Source of the DNA: Candidatus Altimarinota bacterium
GTDB lineage: Bacteria > Patescibacteriota > Gracilibacteria > CAIRYL01
Length of the DNA: 64,000 nucleotides
Direction: 5' to 3'
Assembly (NCBI GenBank): GCA_965250085.1
Contig: OZ252287.1
Location: forward strand, 1,304,808 to 1,368,807
Under the pieces are notes generated by a model that was not told the DNA's origin, ran no database searches, and saw nothing but the letters and a program-made list of their open reading frames with translations. Numbering within the stretch: the stretch's first letter is position 1; each line of letters opens with the position of its first letter. Below are positions 28,697 through 38,735 of the stretch, piece by piece. Made by a program: the position numbers and the translations under genes.

Positions 28697-31051
28697 ATGA
28701 ATATGGCAAAAAACCTAGTTATTGTAGAGTCACCGACCAAGGCAAAGATGCTGACAAAGTTTCTGGGTGATGATTATGTAGTGGAAAGTTCTTTTGGGCA
28801 TATCCGTGATTTGCCACAAAAAAAATCAGATCTCACTTCATCTCAAAAAGCACTTCCATATGCGAGTTTGGGAATTGATGTAGACAACAACTTCAAACCC
28901 CTCTATGTAGTGCCACAAAAATCAAAAAAATATGCCACCAAACTACGGCAAAAATTTGGAAGTGAGACGGTGCTCTGGCTTGCAACTGATGAAGATCGCG
29001 AAGGAGAAGCCATTGCATGGCATCTTTTAGAAATTTTAAAACCCAAAAAAGGAAATACTATTCAGAGAATTGTATTTCACGAAATTACAAAGGACGCGAT
29101 TCTTGAAGCGATAAAAAATCCTCGAGAAATAGATATGAATTTGGTAAATGCCCAGCAAGCACGTCGTATTCTCGATAGGCTGGTGGGGTACCGTTTGTCC
29201 CCATTGCTTTGGAAAAAAATAAAGTATGGGCTTTCAGCAGGGAGAGTACAGTCTGTGGCAGTGAGACTTCTGGTAGATCGAGAGCGTGAGATAAAAGCTT
29301 TTGACCCAGAGGAGAGCTGGTCACTCACCGCTCATTTTCAAAAAGATGAAAAAAATTTTACCGCACTCTTTCAAAAAATAGAGGGCAAAAAGGTCACGCT
29401 CAGAGCAGAAGAAGAAGCAAGAGCAGTTCTGGGAGCTCTCAAAGATCAGAAATTTCTCATCAACAGTGTTTCTGAAAAACAAGTCAAGCGAAGACCGGCA
29501 CCACCATTTACAACTTCTACGCTCCAGCAGGAAGCTGCTCGAAAACTCGGATTTTCTGTGCGTAAGACCATGCAATTGGCTCAAAAACTGTATGAAGGAA
29601 TTGATATGGAAGGAGGAGAAGCCGGGGGGCTCATCACGTATATGCGTACCGATTCGGTCAATCTTTCTGAAAAAGCGCTTGCAGATGCTCAAAGGGTTAT
29701 TGCTGAAAAATATGGCGCCAAATTTTCTGAAACCAGAGTGTATAAAACAAAATCAAAAGGTGCACAGGAAGCACATGAAGCGGTACGTCCAACAGAAATT
29801 TCCCGTACACCAGATCAGGTGAATCAGTGGAAAAGCACACTCGATTCTGATGCACGAAAGCTCTATGACTTAATTTGGAAACGTACTATGGCGAGTCAAA
29901 TGACAGACGCCGAGTTACTCCAGACCGGTATTGATCTAGATGTGAAAGCACGTGTGGGAGATCAAAAAGTGCATACATTTCGCGCCACCGGTCAGCGTAT
30001 TGTGTTTGATGGATTTCTCAAAGTATACGCCGAAGGAAGGGATGATGAAAAAGATGAAAACAAGGAGGACATTCTTCCAAAGCTCACACAAAATGAAGAG
30101 TTAGGTGCAGAAAAAATTGAAAAGAAGCAACATTTTACAAAACCTCCGCCACGGTATACAGAAGCAAGTTTGGTAAAAAAACTGGAAGCTGAGGGTATCG
30201 GGCGTCCTTCGACATATGCACCCACCATTACCACTATTATGAGAAGAGAGTATGCAGAACGTGAAGGGAAACAGCTTGTTCCAACGGATATTGCCTTTGT
30301 AGTGATCAAACTGCTCGAAAAACATTTTGAACGCATTGTAAGCCTCAAATTTACGGCGGGAATGGAAGAACATTTGGATGAAATTGCAGAAGGAAAGCTG
30401 GAATGGCATGCGATGCTCGAAGATTTTTATGAGGACTTTGACAAGCAAGTAGAAGAAAAAGAAGAAAATATTTCTGTAGAAGAAGCGAGAGCCGAAAGAA
30501 TACTGGGCACTGATCCCAAGAGTGGGAAGCCACTCAAAGTACGCATGGGGAGATATGGTCCACACGCTCAAATCGGCAGTCGAGACGATGCGGAAAAACC
30601 AAAATTTGCGGGACTCAGAAAAGGCCAAAGCCTCGATACCATTACCCTAGAAGAGGCGCTTGAACTCTTCAAACTTCCACGAACGCTTGGCGCGGACTCA
30701 GAAGGAAATGAGATAAAAGCAAATATCGGGCGTTTTGGACCATATGTACAGGTGGAAAAACTTTTTGTTTCACTCAAAGAAGACGATCCCATGGATGTTA
30801 CTTTAGAACGAGCACTTGAGCTCATTGCTCAAAAAAAGGAGGAAATTGCGAATCGCATTATCAAAGAATTTAAAGACACTGATATTCAAATTCTCAATGG
30901 TCGCTATGGACCCTATATTACTGATGGAAAAAAGAACGCTAAAATTCCAAAAGAACACAAAGACGATCCTGCAAAATTGACTCGAACGGAATGTGAAAAA
31001 CTTATCTCCGAAGCTCCAGAAAAAGGGAGGAGATGGAAAAAGAAAAAGTAA
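28697..31051 (+). CDS. topA: DNA topoisomerase I with non-zinc C-terminal repeats
   Basis: VIVESPTK, ATDEDREGE, SAGRVQS, ITYMRTDS, GIGRPSTY, GR(Y/F)GP repeats. Confidence 0.97.
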   Translation: MNMAKNLVIVESPTKAKMLTKFLGDDYVVESSFGHIRDLPQKKSDLTSSQKALPYASLGIDVDNNFKPLYVVPQKSKKYATKLRQKFGSETVLWLATDEDREGEAIAWHLLEILKPKKGNTIQRIVFHEITKDAILEAIKNPREIDMNLVNAQQARRILDRLVGYRLSPLLWKKIKYGLSAGRVQSVAVRLLVDREREIKAFDPEESWSLTAHFQKDEKNFTALFQKIEGKKVTLRAEEEARAVLGALKDQKFLINSVSEKQVKRRPAPPFTTSTLQQEAARKLGFSVRKTMQLAQKLYEGIDMEGGEAGGLITYMRTDSVNLSEKALADAQRVIAEKYGAKFSETRVYKTKSKGAQEAHEAVRPTEISRTPDQVNQWKSTLDSDARKLYDLIWKRTMASQMTDAELLQTGIDLDVKARVGDQKVHTFRATGQRIVFDGFLKVYAEGRDDEKDENKEDILPKLTQNEELGAEKIEKKQHFTKPPPRYTEASLVKKLEAEGIGRPSTYAPTITTIMRREYAEREGKQLVPTDIAFVVIKLLEKHFERIVSLKFTAGMEEHLDEIAEGKLEWHAMLEDFYEDFDKQVEEKEENISVEEARAERILGTDPKSGKPLKVRMGRYGPHAQIGSRDDAEKPKFAGLRKGQSLDTITLEEALELFKLPRTLGADSEGNEIKANIGRFGPYVQVEKLFVSLKEDDPMDVTLERALELIAQKKEEIANRIIKEFKDTDIQILNGRYGPYITDGKKNAKIPKEHKDDPAKLTRTECEKLISEAPEKGRRWKKKK

Positions 31052-31061
31052 AACATAGATT

Positions 31062-32582
31062 TTATGCTGCAATTTTTGAAGATTGAGTACCAACTTGAGA
31101 AAACTGTAGGAGTTCTTGTGAGCATTCTTGAATATAGCGGGGATACTGACACATAATATAAACCGTGGGGACATGCATCGTATGGTTTTTTGTAGGGGAT
31201 CTTCCTTTGCCAGAAGTATTTGTCTTGGGAAAGACGATGTATGTATTCCCTTCTGAGTTTGCTGATTCAGCTTTTTGTAACCAATATTCAGAAAAGTTTT
31301 TCCAGTGAAATGATTTTGATTTTCCATGTACATCAAAATATCCCTCCAAAAGTCCCATCATATGCCCTGCTCCTCTGTTGTAAGTAGCAAAAATAAGCGC
31401 CTCAAAATCATCAGGTGAAATATTTTTCCCCGTTTCATATCCTCTATGAGAAAGGAATTTCCCCATTTCTCTATGTTTCAAGAGATAATATTTGAGCGCT
31501 ACAAAGAGATTATCTTCAAAATCCATAAGATCATAACTCCTTTTTTCCTCGCTCAGGGATCTGACGACATCTCCAAAAGCACCATCACCTACTTGGAATG
31601 TACCTTTTTCTCCAGCAGCGCCTGTAATTTTTTCTCGCAGAGAACTTTCTTTGAGTGCCCAAGACAGAATGGTTTCTAGGGAAGGAATGTGATCTCTTTC
31701 CTGTGGAGTGAATCGAGTTTCTATTACTTCAGTTGCTTGAGCAGCGTACTTTGCCAATGTATCGACTGAAAAAGACTGGGTTTCTTGTTCGATTCTAAGA
31801 CCGCCTTTTTTTCGAAGAACCGGCACTTCTACTTCCACATTTTTCTGAGAAGCAGCTTGCAAGCTTTGCGTAAAATTTACTGGAGTGATGTCATGTGATG
31901 CAATTGTAGATACCTGATCTCTGAGACTTGAAGCAATACTCCTCGCCTCTTGAGGAAATGAACGGATTGACTCCTGGGCAAGAGTAATTTGAGCAACTAC
32001 TTCTTTGTGCAATCCTGACACAGAATGCTGATGAACATATCCAGCGTGAAGAGCAATAGCCAAAACAGTAGCCGTAAGGACCGATCTCTTATGTGTCCAG
32101 AGTTTTTCGCACATCGAGAGTAGCAACGAGCCTATTACTTCTTTCTGTATTCCAGTTGATGAAGTAATATTTTCAAGTTTCTGTTCTATTTTTTCTTGAA
32201 CGGCTGGATCAATATCTTGAGCAGAGTTTATTGTCAGGCTCTCGAGTTGATTGCCAAAAGTATTGAGCTCTTTTTGCATATATTCATATTGCTTCTTTGT
32301 AATTCGTTGAAAAGTAGATTCCGCTTTTTCTCCCTGTATTTTGAGTATGACAATTCCTCCAATTTCAAATCCACCAATGACTTCTCGAGCAACTTCTCTC
32401 TTTCGAATTGCTGGGGAAGAGCCCAGTTGGTCAAGCGCTTTCAGGTATTCAGATTCGTCAACTCTTCGCAGAACCATTTGTCCGCTATCACTCTCGGCCG
32501 TGTAGCTCAAAAAATATTCTCCCAAGTCACTGGTGATAGCGTTCGTAAGTACTCTTTCCGACGGTACTTCGGCAAAATTCAT
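31062..32582 (-). CDS. Membrane-anchored protein with a lytic-transglycosylase (SLT)-like domain
   Basis: ALKESS, GEKGTFQV and ATYNRG match SLT motifs I-III; central TM. Confidence 0.65.
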   Translation of the reverse strand: MNFAEVPSERVLTNAITSDLGEYFLSYTAESDSGQMVLRRVDESEYLKALDQLGSSPAIRKREVAREVIGGFEIGGIVILKIQGEKAESTFQRITKKQYEYMQKELNTFGNQLESLTINSAQDIDPAVQEKIEQKLENITSSTGIQKEVIGSLLLSMCEKLWTHKRSVLTATVLAIALHAGYVHQHSVSGLHKEVVAQITLAQESIRSFPQEARSIASSLRDQVSTIASHDITPVNFTQSLQAASQKNVEVEVPVLRKKGGLRIEQETQSFSVDTLAKYAAQATEVIETRFTPQERDHIPSLETILSWALKESSLREKITGAAGEKGTFQVGDGAFGDVVRSLSEEKRSYDLMDFEDNLFVALKYYLLKHREMGKFLSHRGYETGKNISPDDFEALIFATYNRGAGHMMGLLEGYFDVHGKSKSFHWKNFSEYWLQKAESANSEGNTYIVFPKTNTSGKGRSPTKNHTMHVPTVYIMCQYPRYIQECSQELLQFSQVGTQSSKIAA

Positions 32583-32647
32583 GCAATAAAATAAAGTCTC
32601 TCATCATTATAACACAAAAAATAATATTGACAAACATAATACAGATA

Positions 32648-33357
32648 GGCTCTAGAGTAGGAGATTTTAAAAATCTCTGATAATTTTGGACATTATAACA
32701 AAAATATCTTGATCTTTATAGTTCCATCGCCACTCACATTCTTTGAGGTGAAAGTTAAACTTGTGAGAAGCAATTCCGTTAAACTTAGAGAGTCTTCTTT
32801 TCGCAAAAGACCAAAAGGATTCAATACCATTTACATGACATTTTCCTCGTGCAAATTCATTTTCTGAGTGATGAATACGATAGTGATCATATCCATTGAG
32901 AATGAGTCCATCATAAGCTCTCCATCCATCAGTATGAATAGTTGATCCTTCTAGTATTTTTCCTTGAATAATAGGTAGGAGCTCTTTTCTGGAGCAATCT
33001 TTTACAATAGAAACAAATACCCTTCCTTCTCTTTGAAGGATTCCAAAGACAGGAGTCTTTCCTGCGGCTCCTCTTCCTCTCTTTCCTCTCACTCTCTTTG
33101 CTCCAAAGTAACTTTCATCAAGTTCAAATTCTCCAAAACTCTTTGACTGTGCTAAAGAGAACTTTGCAATCTTTTCTCTAAAAATATTAAAATATCGATC
33201 AACCGTTCTCCGATTGAGATCTAGAATATTTGCTGTTTTTGATGCATTGAGATCTTCACAAAAACACTTCAATATTTTTTTGATCTTATAATTCGATATT
33301 TTACTGTGTTTAAGCATGTTAAGAGAATAATTGAAGTAATTATTCTACTCAAGAGCC
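32648..33357 (-). mobile_element. IS1595-family (IS1016-like) insertion sequence, 710 bp
   Basis: Imperfect TIRs GGCTCTAGAGTAG / GGCTCTTGAGTAG; 8-bp TSD TACAGATA at 32640-32647 and 33358-33365. Confidence 0.95.
32667..33317 (-). CDS. IS1595-family DDE transposase
   Basis: ELDESYFG, KRGRGAAGK, IHTDG, NGIESFW, ECEWRWN. Confidence 0.95.
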   Translation of the reverse strand: MLKHSKISNYKIKKILKCFCEDLNASKTANILDLNRRTVDRYFNIFREKIAKFSLAQSKSFGEFELDESYFGAKRVRGKRGRGAAGKTPVFGILQREGRVFVSIVKDCSRKELLPIIQGKILEGSTIHTDGWRAYDGLILNGYDHYRIHHSENEFARGKCHVNGIESFWSFAKRRLSKFNGIASHKFNFHLKECEWRWNYKDQDIFVIMSKIIRDF

Positions 33358-33395
33358 TACAGATATTACAATACGGTAGATTTCACCATAAAGGA

Positions 33396-33758
33396 ATGAA
33401 CAGACAAGAATGGGAAGCTAGGTTTTCAGGTGTTGATTCTCCTCGAGAAGAAATATTCCGTGGGAGAGGACTCGTCCAGCTAGCTTCTCCACTGAAGGAT
33501 GAGTTGAGAGAGATGTTTGAAGAACGAGATCCATCTCCACGAACCTGGGATACAACGTTTGTACCCGTTGATGAGATTCCCGATCCAAAAAGCTTTCAAT
33601 TATCTCACCCGGGAACGACGAGAGGCTTCTGGCCGGTAGAACAGAAATTAGCGACCAAAATGGATGAAGAAGCAAAAGAAAGAAAAGAAAGGGAAAGACG
33701 AATTGCTGAAGAGCAACTCTTTGCACGAAGAGAGATCAGGTCTCTTCGTTTCGACTAA
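33396..33758 (+). CDS. Hypothetical protein
   Basis: ATG at 33396 (MNRQEW); the longer ORF-track start lies inside the IS. Confidence 0.6.
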   Translation: MNRQEWEARFSGVDSPREEIFRGRGLVQLASPLKDELREMFEERDPSPRTWDTTFVPVDEIPDPKSFQLSHPGTTRGFWPVEQKLATKMDEEAKERKERERRIAEEQLFARREIRSLRFD

Positions 33759-35167
33759 GAAAAACACTGCTCCAAATGCCAGGCGAAATTCAGAATTGTA
33801 TCCTCTCCCAGTTGAGGGCCGATTAGCTGCACGCCTGTTGTGATATTACCAATTTTTTCTGTAGGCACGGCAATACCACATACCCCCGCAATACTCGGAC
33901 AGACGGTCAAAGCATCCGCTAAGTACATTTGGAGCGGATCATTTGATTTTTCTCCAAATTTAAATGGCAAAGAAGGGGATACGGGAGTGAGGAGCACATC
34001 TACCTCCTGAAAGATATCCTCATATTCTTTTTTCATAAGTGTACGAACTTTGGCAGCTTTGAGGTAATAGGCATCATAATATCCGGACGAAAGGACATAT
34101 GTCCCCATCATAATGCATCGTTTTATTTCATCTCCAAATCCTTCAGATCGAGTTTTTTTGTAGATCTCTCTCAAATCTTTCCCCTTTTTGGACAGATGCC
34201 CATAACGGATACCATCATATCGGGCGTAATTGGTTGATCCTTCTGCTTTTACGAGCAAGTAGTAGGTAGAGACTCCATATTTTGTAAGTGGTAATGAGAC
34301 TTCCACAACCTGAACTCCTTTTTTTCTGAGAGCCTCTGCGGCATTTTCCACTACTTTCTTTATTTTTGGATCAAGACCTTCTGCCTCCATATATTCTTTC
34401 ACAATTCCCACTTTTTTCCCTGTGATATCTTGGTCCAGGTTTTCAGAGTATTTGGGAACGGGAGCATCAAGGGTCGTGGAGTCCTTTTTGTCTTTTCCTG
34501 CAATGACCTCAAGCACGATGGCCACATCTTCCACTGTTTTTGCAAATGGCCCGATAGTATCAAAACTTGATGCATATGCTAAAGCTCCGTATCGTGACAC
34601 ACGTCCATAACTGGGCTTGAGGCCCACCACCCCACAAAAGTTAGACGGGAGACGAATAGACCCTCCGGTGTCAGTCCCCAGGGAAAACGCGCATTCGCTT
34701 GCAGCAACAGCTGCCGCAGATCCACCTGATGATCCTCCGGGAACAAGAGAAGTATCCTGAGGATTTTTTACTGGTTTATATGCAGAGTATTCATTAGAGA
34801 CTCCATTCGCAAATTCGTCACAATTCGTTTTTCCGAGATTTACAAATCCCGCCTTTTTTAGTTTTTTCACCACGGTTGCGTCATAGGGTGGCACAAAATT
34901 CTCTAATATCTTAGACCCACCAGTGGTGCGAACCCCTTTGGTACAAATCACATCTTTAATACTTCCTGGAATACCAGAGAGGGGCGCAGAAAAATCTTTT
35001 TTCGTATCTATTTCTTTTGCCTTTTTTAAAGCTTCATTTTTTGTCACGGTCAAAAAAGCACCAAGTTCCCCATCTTTTTTTTCAATGAGTGAGAGATATT
35101 TTTTCGTTTCATTTGTACAAGTAGTTTGGCCTGATTGGTATGCCGATAGAAGTGATGGTATGGACAT
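33755..35167 (-). CDS. gatA: Asp/Glu-tRNA amidotransferase subunit A
   Basis: KD, GKTNCDEF, PGGSSGGS, GTDTGGSIR, RYDGIRYG, GYYDAYY. Confidence 0.96.
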   Translation of the reverse strand: MSIPSLLSAYQSGQTTCTNETKKYLSLIEKKDGELGAFLTVTKNEALKKAKEIDTKKDFSAPLSGIPGSIKDVICTKGVRTTGGSKILENFVPPYDATVVKKLKKAGFVNLGKTNCDEFANGVSNEYSAYKPVKNPQDTSLVPGGSSGGSAAAVAASECAFSLGTDTGGSIRLPSNFCGVVGLKPSYGRVSRYGALAYASSFDTIGPFAKTVEDVAIVLEVIAGKDKKDSTTLDAPVPKYSENLDQDITGKKVGIVKEYMEAEGLDPKIKKVVENAAEALRKKGVQVVEVSLPLTKYGVSTYYLLVKAEGSTNYARYDGIRYGHLSKKGKDLREIYKKTRSEGFGDEIKRCIMMGTYVLSSGYYDAYYLKAAKVRTLMKKEYEDIFQEVDVLLTPVSPSLPFKFGEKSNDPLQMYLADALTVCPSIAGVCGIAVPTEKIGNITTGVQLIGPQLGEDTILNFAWHLEQCFS

Positions 35168-35324
35168 AGATTCAATTACGAATGAACAATTACCAAATTA
35201 CGAATTAAAAAATGACAAGTAGTAAGAATGAAGCGATAAGTAGTAAGTAACAAGGAGGCAAGAGCCCAGTACGTATTCATCTCGGAATTCTAAATTTTTG
35301 CTTGAGACTGGACTACTTGTATAT

Positions 35325-35609
35325 TTAAAGAACTTCGTTCACTTCAATTTGATGATCCTTGACTTTATGTGGAGATGCTTTCAGAAGTTCGTCAGAATAC
35401 CCACACTTATCGACGTGATCTTCTCTGGTGACATTTTTGAGTCCTGTCACTTGAGCAGTTGGCTCTACGCCATCTGTATCCACTTCTTGGAGTGCATCAA
35501 AAAAATCAAGAATATCAGAGAGTTCTCTAGAAAACTTCTGCATCTCCTCATCATTGAGTTCAAGATGAGCAAGGGTGGCAACGCGCCTAATCTCTTCTTC
35601 TGAGATCAT
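35325..35609 (-). CDS. gatC: Asp/Glu-tRNA amidotransferase subunit C
   Basis: ISEEEIRRVATLAHL, EVDTDGVEPT, NVTRED; upstream of gatA. Confidence 0.93.
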   Translation of the reverse strand: MISEEEIRRVATLAHLELNDEEMQKFSRELSDILDFFDALQEVDTDGVEPTAQVTGLKNVTREDHVDKCGYSDELLKASPHKVKDHQIEVNEVL

Positions 35610-35728
35610 GTTGGTCTCCTATAAAAATCGAGCAAAATTGTACCTCAAGGTCAGGCACGTGTCCAAGCTTGCCAGTACACTACTTTTTTTGAAACAATAC
35701 CTCATGATACATATCTTCAAAAAATGAA

Positions 35729-36061
35729 ATGAAATTCCTCCGAGATCTTCATGCTGTCAGCGAGTTTTTCTTCTATGTTTTTGGTTTTATATTTCTCTTT
35801 GCACTCCTTTGCTGGAGGAATGAGTTTTATCCACATATTGCCGAAATGACCCTGAGATACGGAGACTTGCCATTTGCTTTTATTGCGCTGCTTTTTGCAG
35901 GGACGAGTCTCAGGCTTTCACTTACCTATGAAAATATGAAAACAAAAGAGTCAGAAGAAGATACAGAAAATCCTATTATAGACACAGGATTCCTTGTGGT
36001 AGGGACCTTTCTATTCCTTATAGTCGTTTTCGTAGATCTTGTGTTGCCAGATGTTATATAG
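35729..36061 (+). CDS. Small membrane protein
   Basis: Three hydrophobic segments. Confidence 0.7.
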   Translation: MKFLRDLHAVSEFFFYVFGFIFLFALLCWRNEFYPHIAEMTLRYGDLPFAFIALLFAGTSLRLSLTYENMKTKESEEDTENPIIDTGFLVVGTFLFLIVVFVDLVLPDVI

Positions 36062-36095
36062 ATTGAAAGGAGAAGCTCTCATAGTATAAAAAAAA

Positions 36096-36920
36096 ATGTT
36101 TAGAAAACTTCTCAAGAAAAATCAGCCAATAATTATGGGAGTACTCAACGTAACCCCCGACTCATTTTCTGATGGCGGTGATTTTTTAGATCCGCAAAAG
36201 GCTCTTCAAAAAGCCCAAGAGATGCTGGAGCATGGTGCAGATATTATTGATATTGGAGCTGAGAGCTCTGCTCCAAATTCCAAAGAAGTCTCTGAACAAG
36301 AAGAGTGGAAAAGGCTTGAGAATATCCTTCCGACTTTACAAGAAGCGAATATTCCGTTTTCGATCGACACCTATAAAAGCTCTATTGCTCGCAAAGCGCT
36401 CAAATTTGGAGCTACAATGGTTAATGATGTTACTGCATTAAGAAGGGACTCTCAGATGGCGGAAGTCCTTTCAGAATTTCCGAAAAGTTTCATATGTCTT
36501 ATGTACAGTAAAGATGCATCAACCCGTACAACATTTGAAAATTCTAAAAAAACAAATATTATCCAAACGATAAGTGATTTCTTTGTTGAGAGAATTTATT
36601 TTGCGAAAAAGAAAAGGATTTCAGAGAATCGTATTGTCCTTGATCCTGGTATGGGAGCATTCCTCTCTTCCGATCCTTCAAAAAGTTTTGAGGTTCTCAG
36701 AAATCTTGATAAGTTTCAAAAATTTGATTGTCCTCTTCTGGTCGGAACATCACGAAAAAGCTTCCTTCGTGAAATTTCTGACACAAACAATCCCCAAAAC
36801 CGCACCATTGCTTCAATCACATCATCTCTTGTGGCTCTCCAAAATGGTGCCCAAATAGTGCGAGTACACGATGTGCAACAAATGAAAGAAGCCATAGAAA
36901 CATGGCAAGCAATAATCTAA
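36096..36920 (+). CDS. folP: Dihydropteroate synthase
   Basis: MGVLNVTPDSFSDGG, SIDT, NDV, DPGMG, SRKS, RVHDV. Confidence 0.96.
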   Translation: MFRKLLKKNQPIIMGVLNVTPDSFSDGGDFLDPQKALQKAQEMLEHGADIIDIGAESSAPNSKEVSEQEEWKRLENILPTLQEANIPFSIDTYKSSIARKALKFGATMVNDVTALRRDSQMAEVLSEFPKSFICLMYSKDASTRTTFENSKKTNIIQTISDFFVERIYFAKKKRISENRIVLDPGMGAFLSSDPSKSFEVLRNLDKFQKFDCPLLVGTSRKSFLREISDTNNPQNRTIASITSSLVALQNGAQIVRVHDVQQMKEAIETWQAII

Positions 36921-36926
36921 ATTTGC

Positions 36927-37130
36927 CTACACCACTGCCAAAGTTCCAATTCCTGCAATAACAGCGCCACTCCATTTCTGCATAGTGGCTCTATTTTCTC
37001 CAATACTTCTTTGTAAACCTGAGGGAGCTATCGCTTCTGCTAAAGCAACCGGTACAGCGCCGATCATTCGAACTCCTGTTTCAAGTGCACCTTGTATAAT
37101 TCCCGAAGATGGACGATTTTCTAGCGTCAT
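36927..37130 (-). CDS. Small hypothetical protein
   Basis: 67-aa ORF with a hydrophobic C-terminus that fills the gap. Confidence 0.5.
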   Translation of the reverse strand: MTLENRPSSGIIQGALETGVRMIGAVPVALAEAIAPSGLQRSIGENRATMQKWSGAVIAGIGTLAVV

Positions 37131-37147
37131 ACATTGAGAAGAAAGTT

Positions 37148-37414
37148 TTAAAGAGTATTACAAACAGGAGATTGAAGTGCTTCTAGCATTCTATGTCGAC
37201 TATTTGCGTACTGAAGAGGACTGAGTTCTCCTTGTTCAAATCTTTGCAAAAGATCATCCATGGCTTCATCATTATAAACAAAGCCCCGCGAAACAGAGGG
37301 AAGTAAACGTTCGAAGGCATCTCTGACACCTTCTGTGACGCGTGCGAATACTTGCGAAACACTTCTCAGCAATTTTTCTTTTGGAACGGCAGATTTTTGT
37401 AGATTTTCACTCAT
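37148..37414 (-). CDS. Small hypothetical protein
   Basis: ATG at MSENLQ; TTGCAG..TATTAT promoter-like sequence upstream. Confidence 0.55.
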   Translation of the reverse strand: MSENLQKSAVPKEKLLRSVSQVFARVTEGVRDAFERLLPSVSRGFVYNDEAMDDLLQRFEQGELSPLQYANSRHRMLEALQSPVCNTL

Positions 37415-37484
37415 TATCATATAAATTAAAACCAAGGATATAATACTCCCTTTTTTAAAATCTGCAACTTACTGAAGGGCTCTT

Positions 37485-37880
37485 TTATGCTATCGCCCCA
37501 AACAATCCTCCGTAGTACCCGAGGATGAGTCCAAGTGCAAGAACAATAAGTGCCATAACCCTGAGTGATCCTTCGGTTTTATACATACCCATAGCCCAAT
37601 TTAAAAATGCTTTTGGAAACAGGAGGAGTCCAAGTCCCTTGAGAAGGGCCAGCCATCCTACGATGGTAATGATCACCATCCAGCTCTGTTCCCAGACATT
37701 ATGATAAGTGACCAAGAGGAATCCAACGACTAGGGCCAAAACACCTCCAAAATAGATTACGAGAGAGTCACCCTTGAAGGCTTTGATCATGCCCATGTAG
37801 TGCTTAGTGTTCATGAGCATTCCCAGACCAACAACGATCCAGACGACAGCAAACAGCTGTGCAATAAGGAGAGTATCCAT
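37485..37880 (-). CDS. 4-TM membrane protein
   Basis: YHNVW..IITIVGWLALLKG...FP pattern. Confidence 0.8.
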   Translation of the reverse strand: MDTLLIAQLFAVVWIVVGLGMLMNTKHYMGMIKAFKGDSLVIYFGGVLALVVGFLLVTYHNVWEQSWMVIITIVGWLALLKGLGLLLFPKAFLNWAMGMYKTEGSLRVMALIVLALGLILGYYGGLFGAIA

Positions 37881-37944
37881 AAAAAAAGGGGGTAAAAGGA
37901 AAAAGATGTTTCTACTGTACTATTTTTGTATACAAAAACACAAG

Positions 37945-38724
37945 TTATTTTCCTTTTGAATTTTGTGAATGCAATACTTCCACCATCACGAAGCTAATGA
38001 TCATGAGCAAAAACCATGATCCAAGTTTTGCAAGTGAGACGAGGTGCCACTCGTTTTCTTGACTCGGGTACAGCCATGCTTTGGAAAATGTCCCAATGTT
38101 TTCGGCAAGATAAATAAAAAATGAGATGAGAAAAAACCCCAAAAGCAGTGGCATGCTTCGTTCTTTTGTCGTCACCGTAAATAGGACTTTTGTTTTCCAA
38201 AAGAGCCAAAATGTCCCCAAAAATAAGAGAATGCGAATATCAGGGATATAGTGATGTGTAAAAAAATTGGCATAAATGAGACCAATAAGAATGATTGCGA
38301 ACATTTGCCTTGGATATCCTGGATACTGGAGTTTCATTACTCGCCTGGACCGAGCAATATAGCTTCCCACGGCTGAATACATGAATCCGGAAAAAAGAGG
38401 CACATTGCCAATATGAAAAATAGAAGCTTCTGGATAACTCCACGAACCAATGCCTGATGACGTTTTGAATATTTCCATCACTGTTCCAACAATATGGAAC
38501 AAAAAAATTACTTTTGCTTCTGAAAGTGTTTCGAATTTGAAAATAATGAGGAGCGCTTGAACGACAATGGCGTAGAGAAACAAAAAATCATACCGATAAA
38601 ATGCAGTCCACTGGAAATATGAAGAAGCAATAATCGCTACTAGCATCAGCCCGCCAAAGAGACATGCCCAGGCTTGTTTTATGCCGAAAGTAAGGAATTC
38701 ATGGAAGAAAGATTCAAGGTTCAT
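37945..38724 (-). CDS. DUF817 (YoaT-like) membrane protein
   Basis: FGIKQAWACLFG, RYD, FHIVGTVMEIFK, PLFSGFMYSAVGSY, AENIGTF. Confidence 0.9.
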   Translation of the reverse strand: MNLESFFHEFLTFGIKQAWACLFGGLMLVAIIASSYFQWTAFYRYDFLFLYAIVVQALLIIFKFETLSEAKVIFLFHIVGTVMEIFKTSSGIGSWSYPEASIFHIGNVPLFSGFMYSAVGSYIARSRRVMKLQYPGYPRQMFAIILIGLIYANFFTHHYIPDIRILLFLGTFWLFWKTKVLFTVTTKERSMPLLLGFFLISFFIYLAENIGTFSKAWLYPSQENEWHLVSLAKLGSWFLLMIISFVMVEVLHSQNSKGK

Positions 38725-38735
38725 ATGTGAATATT

